Shown here one piece after another: positions 28,171-32,000 of a stretch of 32,000 bases of DNA. The stretch comes from Geotalea uraniireducens Rf4. Lineage in GTDB: Bacteria > Desulfobacterota > Desulfuromonadia > Geobacterales > Geobacteraceae. Every line of letters begins with the position of its first letter. The stretch's first letter is position 1. The DNA lies in NCBI RefSeq assembly GCF_000016745.1, contig NC_009483.1, positions 4,680,001-4,712,000 on the forward strand, in the 5' to 3' direction. The notes below the pieces were generated by a model, which saw nothing but the letters and a program-made list of their open reading frames with translations, searched no databases and was not told the origin of the DNA. The position numbers and the translations under genes are program-made.

Positions 28171-29934
28171 CTATAGTAATTGCGATTTTTTATTTCGCAA
28201 GGCATCGAGTATCTTTAATATCTCCCAATAGCGCTCGGAGTCCGAATCCAGCTGTGCCAACTCCCTCTTCAACTCCTTTACGTCCTTATCCTTCAGCGTT
28301 GAGCGATCCCGGCTCATACGACACTGATCGAAGGCCTTGTTGGCGTCGATCTCTTCCAGGTGGCAGTCATTCATGAACAACGCAGCAAGGCGGCTCCGCT
28401 CCTCAGCCGACCCGACCTGCTCCATGATCACACCCCAATCGACCTCGCTGCCGGCGTCCGTCTGAGTCATGATGGTTTCCACCACCGGCAACAAATCGGG
28501 ACCGAACAGGTTTGCCGCCCCATATTCCCGGACCCGCTTTACCACCTCCGGGTATTTCCCCATCAGTGAAACGAGCATCTCTTCCGGCCCGATGCCGCGT
28601 TTTTTCCGCTCCGGCGGAGAAGCCAAATCCGCCGTTGAAATGGGCGACCGACCGATCTTTTTCTGCAGTTGCCGCAGGTCGACACCGAGCATCCTGGATA
28701 TCTCCTTGAGATACAAATCCCGTTCGATGGGGTTGGCAATCTTCATGAGACGCGGCGTCAACAGCTCGATGATCTGCACTTTCCCCTCGACGGTTCTGCT
28801 GTCGAACTGGTGCATCAGGTCGTAAAGGAAAAACTCGAATATCGGGCGCGCCTTGGCCACCTGCCCGGCAAAAGCTTCACTACCTTCCTTCTTCAGGTAG
28901 CTGTCCGGGTCATCGCCTGCAGGGAGTTCGATCACGTGAGCGGCATATTTTTCTTCCAGAAAAAGTTCCATGCTGCGCAAGGTCGCTTTTTTCCCGGCGT
29001 TGTCCCCGTCGAACAGGGTGTAGACCTTGCCCGCATAGCGCTGCAAGAGTTTAACGTGGCCGGCAGTCATGGCAGTGCCGCAGGTGGCGACGACATTTCT
29101 CACCCCTGCCTGGAATAGGGCCAGATGATCAAAGTACCCTTCGACTATGATCGCCGTTCCCTGCTCGCGCATGGCCTGCTTGGCCAGATTTAAACCGAAA
29201 AGCACCTCGCTCTTATGGTAGATCGGAGATTCCGGCGAATTTATGTATTTCGGCAACGAATCGTCGAGCACCCGTCCACCGAAGCCGATCGGTCGACCAT
29301 GCATATCGGCAATGACAAACAGCAGACGGTTGCGAAATGTGTCGTAGTAACCGCCAGAGTCTCTGAGCTTAACCAGTCCAAGCTTTTCCGCCAGCGGCAA
29401 CGGCACCCGCTGCTGCTCCAGATATCTTGTAAGGCCGTCCCATTTATCCGGCGCAAACCCGATGCAATACGCCTCTGAGGTAGCGGCATCCACTCCACGC
29501 CGCTCGAGATAACGTCGACCCGCTTCCCCTGCCGGTTCCTGAACCAGGACCCGGCGGTAAAACTTTGCCGCCTGTTCATTTATTCTGAAAAACAGCTCCC
29601 GTTCATCGGTCTGCCGCTTTTCCGTTGCGGTCAGGGGACGCTCTTCTATGATCACACCGACCCGCTTTGCAAGGAACTTCACCGCTTCGGGAAATGTAAG
29701 ACCTTCAATTTTCATGATGAAGGTGATGGCGTTCCCACCAACCCCGCAACCGAAACAGTGAAATATGCCCCTTCCAGGGTTGACATTGAAGGAAGGTGTT
29801 TTTTCGCCGTGAAACGGGCAGAGCCCTTGGTAATTCGCACCCGACTTCCTGAGGCTTACGTAGTCGGAGATAACATCCAGGATTGCCGCACGTTCACGTA
29901 CTTCACTGACCTTATCGTCCGGAATCATCGACAT
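28171..29934 (-). CDS. dnaG: DNA primase
   Basis: 587 aa. The zinc ribbon is CPFHGEKTPSFNVNPGRGIFHCFGCG. The TOPRIM region is IIVEGYFD...LFDGDNAGKKA. Confidence 0.95.
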   Translation of the reverse strand: MSMIPDDKVSEVRERAAILDVISDYVSLRKSGANYQGLCPFHGEKTPSFNVNPGRGIFHCFGCGVGGNAITFIMKIEGLTFPEAVKFLAKRVGVIIEERPLTATEKRQTDERELFFRINEQAAKFYRRVLVQEPAGEAGRRYLERRGVDAATSEAYCIGFAPDKWDGLTRYLEQQRVPLPLAEKLGLVKLRDSGGYYDTFRNRLLFVIADMHGRPIGFGGRVLDDSLPKYINSPESPIYHKSEVLFGLNLAKQAMREQGTAIIVEGYFDHLALFQAGVRNVVATCGTAMTAGHVKLLQRYAGKVYTLFDGDNAGKKATLRSMELFLEEKYAAHVIELPAGDDPDSYLKKEGSEAFAGQVAKARPIFEFFLYDLMHQFDSRTVEGKVQIIELLTPRLMKIANPIERDLYLKEISRMLGVDLRQLQKKIGRSPISTADLASPPERKKRGIGPEEMLVSLMGKYPEVVKRVREYGAANLFGPDLLPVVETIMTQTDAGSEVDWGVIMEQVGSAEERSRLAALFMNDCHLEEIDANKAFDQCRMSRDRSTLKDKDVKELKRELAQLDSDSERYWEILKILDALRNKKSQLL

Positions 29935-29959
29935 CTTGAACCTTCATGTATGCTGCTGA

Positions 29960-30469
29960 CTAATTGTGCCGTACCGCTGCCTTCCTCTGTTTTGCAGCAC
30001 CATCCCAACCGGAGATGATCTCTTTCCCTGAGTGGATGAAAGATTGGGCTGTCTTTGACTTCTGGAGATATCCCTTGATCTTTTCCGGAACCGGCTTTGT
30101 CGTGCCGAAATACAATATCATGCAGAGGATAAAAGCCCCTTCCAGGAAGCCGAAGACAACGCCGCCAATGCGGTTTATCCCCCCAAGCAGCATGATCTTG
30201 AAGATAGCGGTGAGCAGGTGTCCGAAAAAGTAGAAAAGCAGGCCGAGGATCAGGAAGATGAGGATAAACGACAGGACCAGCGCCACATGTTGAGGAAGGT
30301 GAATAAAAGGCCTGATAGCCTCTGCTAGATACGAATAATACTTAAAGGCAGCCCAGCCGCCCGTAACAAGGCCGAGGAGAGAGCAAACCTCTCTCACCAA
30401 ACCTTTCATGAAACCCTTTACCACAAAACCGAGCAGAAAGGCCCAGATAAGGATATCAAGAAGGATCAT
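29960..30469 (-). CDS. cvpA: CvpA-family membrane protein
   Basis: 169 aa. The N-terminus ILLDILIWAFLLGFVVKGFMKGLVREV and four predicted TM segments are typical of colicin V production protein family members. Confidence 0.8.
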   Translation of the reverse strand: MILLDILIWAFLLGFVVKGFMKGLVREVCSLLGLVTGGWAAFKYYSYLAEAIRPFIHLPQHVALVLSFILIFLILGLLFYFFGHLLTAIFKIMLLGGINRIGGVVFGFLEGAFILCMILYFGTTKPVPEKIKGYLQKSKTAQSFIHSGKEIISGWDGAAKQRKAAVRHN

Positions 30470-30489
30470 TCAAGCACCTGACATTAGCC

Positions 30490-30527
30490 ATAAAGTAAAA
30501 GTAGGGGCAATCACAAGAATCGCCCCC
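30490..30527 (-). terminator. Possible terminator after yqeY
   Basis: An imperfect hairpin joins GGGGC..AAT and ATT..GCCCC (30504-30526). On the minus strand it is followed by UACUUUUACUUUA. The stem is weak. Confidence 0.3.
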
Positions 30528-30580
30528 ACCATTAAAAAGTCTGCTTATCCGGCCCAAGAAAATTGACCCGCGCCAAATTG

Positions 30581-31024
30581 CTAAGCGAGTTTCTCCTTGA
30601 CCACTTCGCTGACCAGTTTGCCGTCTGCACGGCCGGCGACGCCGGGCTGCAGAGCTTTCATCACCCTGCCCATGTCCTTACTACCCTGTGCGCCACATTC
30701 GGCAATAGTCTTCATAACAAGTTCTTCAAGTTCTTCGCGGGTCAGTTGCTGCGGTAAAAAATCGAGCAGCAGCGCCAACTCCTTCTCTTCCTTATCCACC
30801 AGGTCTTGTCGACTTGCTTCCCTAAAGAGCCGGATGGATTCCCTGCGCTGCTTGCACAGGGTGCTGATAATCTCGATGATTTCCCGATCATCCAGCTCAT
30901 GCTTCAGATCGATTTCCCGGTTCTTCATCGACGAGCGAATCATGCGGATTACGGAAAGTTTCAGTTCGTCCTTACTCTTCATGGACGACTTAAGCTCATC
31001 ATTCAGCCTTTCACGTAACGACAT
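30581..31024 (-). CDS. yqeY: GatB/YqeY domain protein
   Basis: 147 aa. The segments LNDELKSSMKSKDELKLSVIRMIRSSMKNREID ... GSKDMGRVMKAL are characteristic of the YqeY family. Confidence 0.85.
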   Translation of the reverse strand: MSLRERLNDELKSSMKSKDELKLSVIRMIRSSMKNREIDLKHELDDREIIEIISTLCKQRRESIRLFREASRQDLVDKEEKELALLLDFLPQQLTREELEELVMKTIAECGAQGSKDMGRVMKALQPGVAGRADGKLVSEVVKEKLA

Positions 31025-31034
31025 AAATCCTCTT

Positions 31035-31232
31035 TTAATCTACCATCTTACGCTGTTTTTTTAAGGCTCTCTTGCGAGCAGCAATGGCCTTTTTCTTCTT
31101 CTTGATACTCGGTTTTTCGTAGTGCTCTCTTTTGCGGACCTCAGAAAGAATCCCCGCTTTTTCGCACTGTTTCTTGAACTTTTTCAACGCAAGCTCAAAC
31201 GGCTCAGCTTCTTTTACCTTTACTCCCGGCAT
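31035..31232 (-). CDS. rpsU: 30S ribosomal protein S21
   Basis: 65 aa and very basic. [42 protein letters not shown] is a classic bS21 sequence. GGAGGGAGGGG RBS region upstream. Confidence 0.95.
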   Translation of the reverse strand: MPGVKVKEAEPFELALKKFKKQCEKAGILSEVRKREHYEKPSIKKKKKAIAARKRALKKQRKMVD

Positions 31233-31368
31233 CCATATTCCCCTCCCTCCTGTATATAAATTTACTTATTTATAGATCAAGGTCAGGCCGGCAGACAATT
31301 TACAAGGAATAGGCATAATAGCACCGACTAATATATTGTCAAGAGAAATTTGTGTTTTTTCAACTATT

Positions 31369-31692
31369 TCACTTTTCCCGTGACTCTTTTTCAGCAATGC
31401 CGGAAATCCCGAAGCGACGACGCAGCTCAGCATAGACCTCGTCAGGAACGATATCGTAATAGCCAAGGAGAACCAGTGTATGAAAAAACAAATCAGCCGT
31501 CTCGTAGACAATCTCGTCCCGTGACCCGCCCTTGCCGGCAACCACCAATTCGGTCGCCTCCTCCCCGAGCTTCTTGAGGATCTTATCAATTCCCTTGGCC
31601 ATCAGGGAAGCGGTGTAAGACTGCTCCGACGGGTTGGCCTTCCGCTCCCGAATGACCTGATAAACGGCCTGAAGAATATCATCATTTTGCAT
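31369..31692 (-). CDS. hisE: Phosphoribosyl-ATP pyrophosphatase
   Basis: The ATG at 31692 gives MQNDDILQAVYQVIRERK...SYTASLMAKGIDKILKKLGEEATELVVA...EIVYETADLFFHTLVLL. The TTG start at 31734 in the track would run into the intergenic hairpin. Confidence 0.85.
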   Translation of the reverse strand: MQNDDILQAVYQVIRERKANPSEQSYTASLMAKGIDKILKKLGEEATELVVAGKGGSRDEIVYETADLFFHTLVLLGYYDIVPDEVYAELRRRFGISGIAEKESREK

Positions 31693-31713
31693 AATCGCGT
31701 TCCTTTTTAAAAA

Positions 31714-31761
31714 GGCACGAGGATAAAGGTACAAGGTCCGAGGTTTTGAAATCCTCGTGCC
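31714..31761. other. Strong hairpin between hisF and hisE
   Basis: GGCACGAGGAT (31714-31724) pairs perfectly with ATCCTCGTGCC (31751-31761) around a 26-nt loop. It is flanked by T/A runs on both sides: TTTTTAAAAA upstream and CCTTTTTCC downstream. Confidence 0.45.
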
Positions 31762-31791
31762 CCTTTTTCCTCGTACCTCGTACCTCGAACC

Positions 31792-32000
31792 TTAAATCCT
31801 TACCGGTACGCCTCTTTCCCTGAGGTATTCTTTCGCCTCCTGAATGGTGTACTCACGGTAATGGAAGATGGAAGCCGCCAGACAGGCACTTGCCCCTCCC
31901 TTGGTAAAACCGTCGTAGAGATGCTCCAGGTTCCCCACGCCGCCGGAAGCGATGACGGGAATTGAAACCGCGTCGGCCACAGCCCTGGTCAGCGGCAGGT
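31792..32000 (-). CDS. hisF: Imidazole glycerol phosphate synthase cyclase subunit, C-terminal part (5' end outside the window)
   Basis: The frame is open to the window edge. [44 protein letters not shown] is the conserved HisF C-terminus. Stop at 31792-31794. Confidence 0.9.
   Translation of the reverse strand, partial: LPLTRAVADAVSIPVIASGGVGNLEHLYDGFTKGGASACLAASIFHYREYTIQEAKEYLRERGVPVRI

Noticed and set aside
26422-28176. Plus-strand ORFs of 280, 294, 192 and 172 aa antisense to rpoD
   Set aside because: rpoD on the minus strand is unambiguous. These are shadow ORFs with repetitive L/S/F-rich sequence.
31266-31589. A 107-aa minus-strand ORF overlapping hisE in another frame, and the TTG start of hisE at 31734
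   Set aside because: hisE in its own frame has the conserved MazG-like HisE sequence. The 31734 start would place the coding region across the 31714-31761 hairpin and adds 14 non-conserved residues.

Overview
This is a GC-rich chromosomal segment whose gene content looks Geobacter/Desulfuromonadales-like, though I cannot verify the taxon without a database search. The flanks are ordinary housekeeping genes. On the left are an HD-GYP fragment, a BioD/DRTGG-like protein, a succinyl/acetyl-CoA transferase, a REC-DHp response regulator, comM/yifB, trxB, a beta-barrel outer membrane protein (OMP), a CDF metal exporter and ilvA. On the right are a DUF2064 protein, folE2, queC, the rpoD-dnaG-cvpA-yqeY-rpsU cluster, hisE and hisF. 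The centre (about 11.0-23.9 kb, all on the minus strand) is a composite defence island. It is a Type I restriction-modification (R-M) operon (hsdM-hsdS ... hsdR-DUF45 peptidase) split by two inserted modules. The first is a translationally coupled SIR2-APAZ gene plus a catalytically dead short prokaryotic Argonaute (pAgo), i.e. a SPARSA-type NAD+-depleting system. The second is an XRE-ImmA/IrrE fusion coupled to a PIN-like nuclease, next to a small divergent ORF controlled from a perfectly symmetric operator/promoter. The hsdS-SIR2-pAgo block is visibly less GC-rich than hsdM, hsdR and the flanks. The left junction carries what looks like a decayed MNT/HepT toxin-antitoxin remnant. I found no tRNA, rRNA, CRISPR array, integrase or transposase. 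Many long antisense ORFs in the track are GC-driven artefacts.
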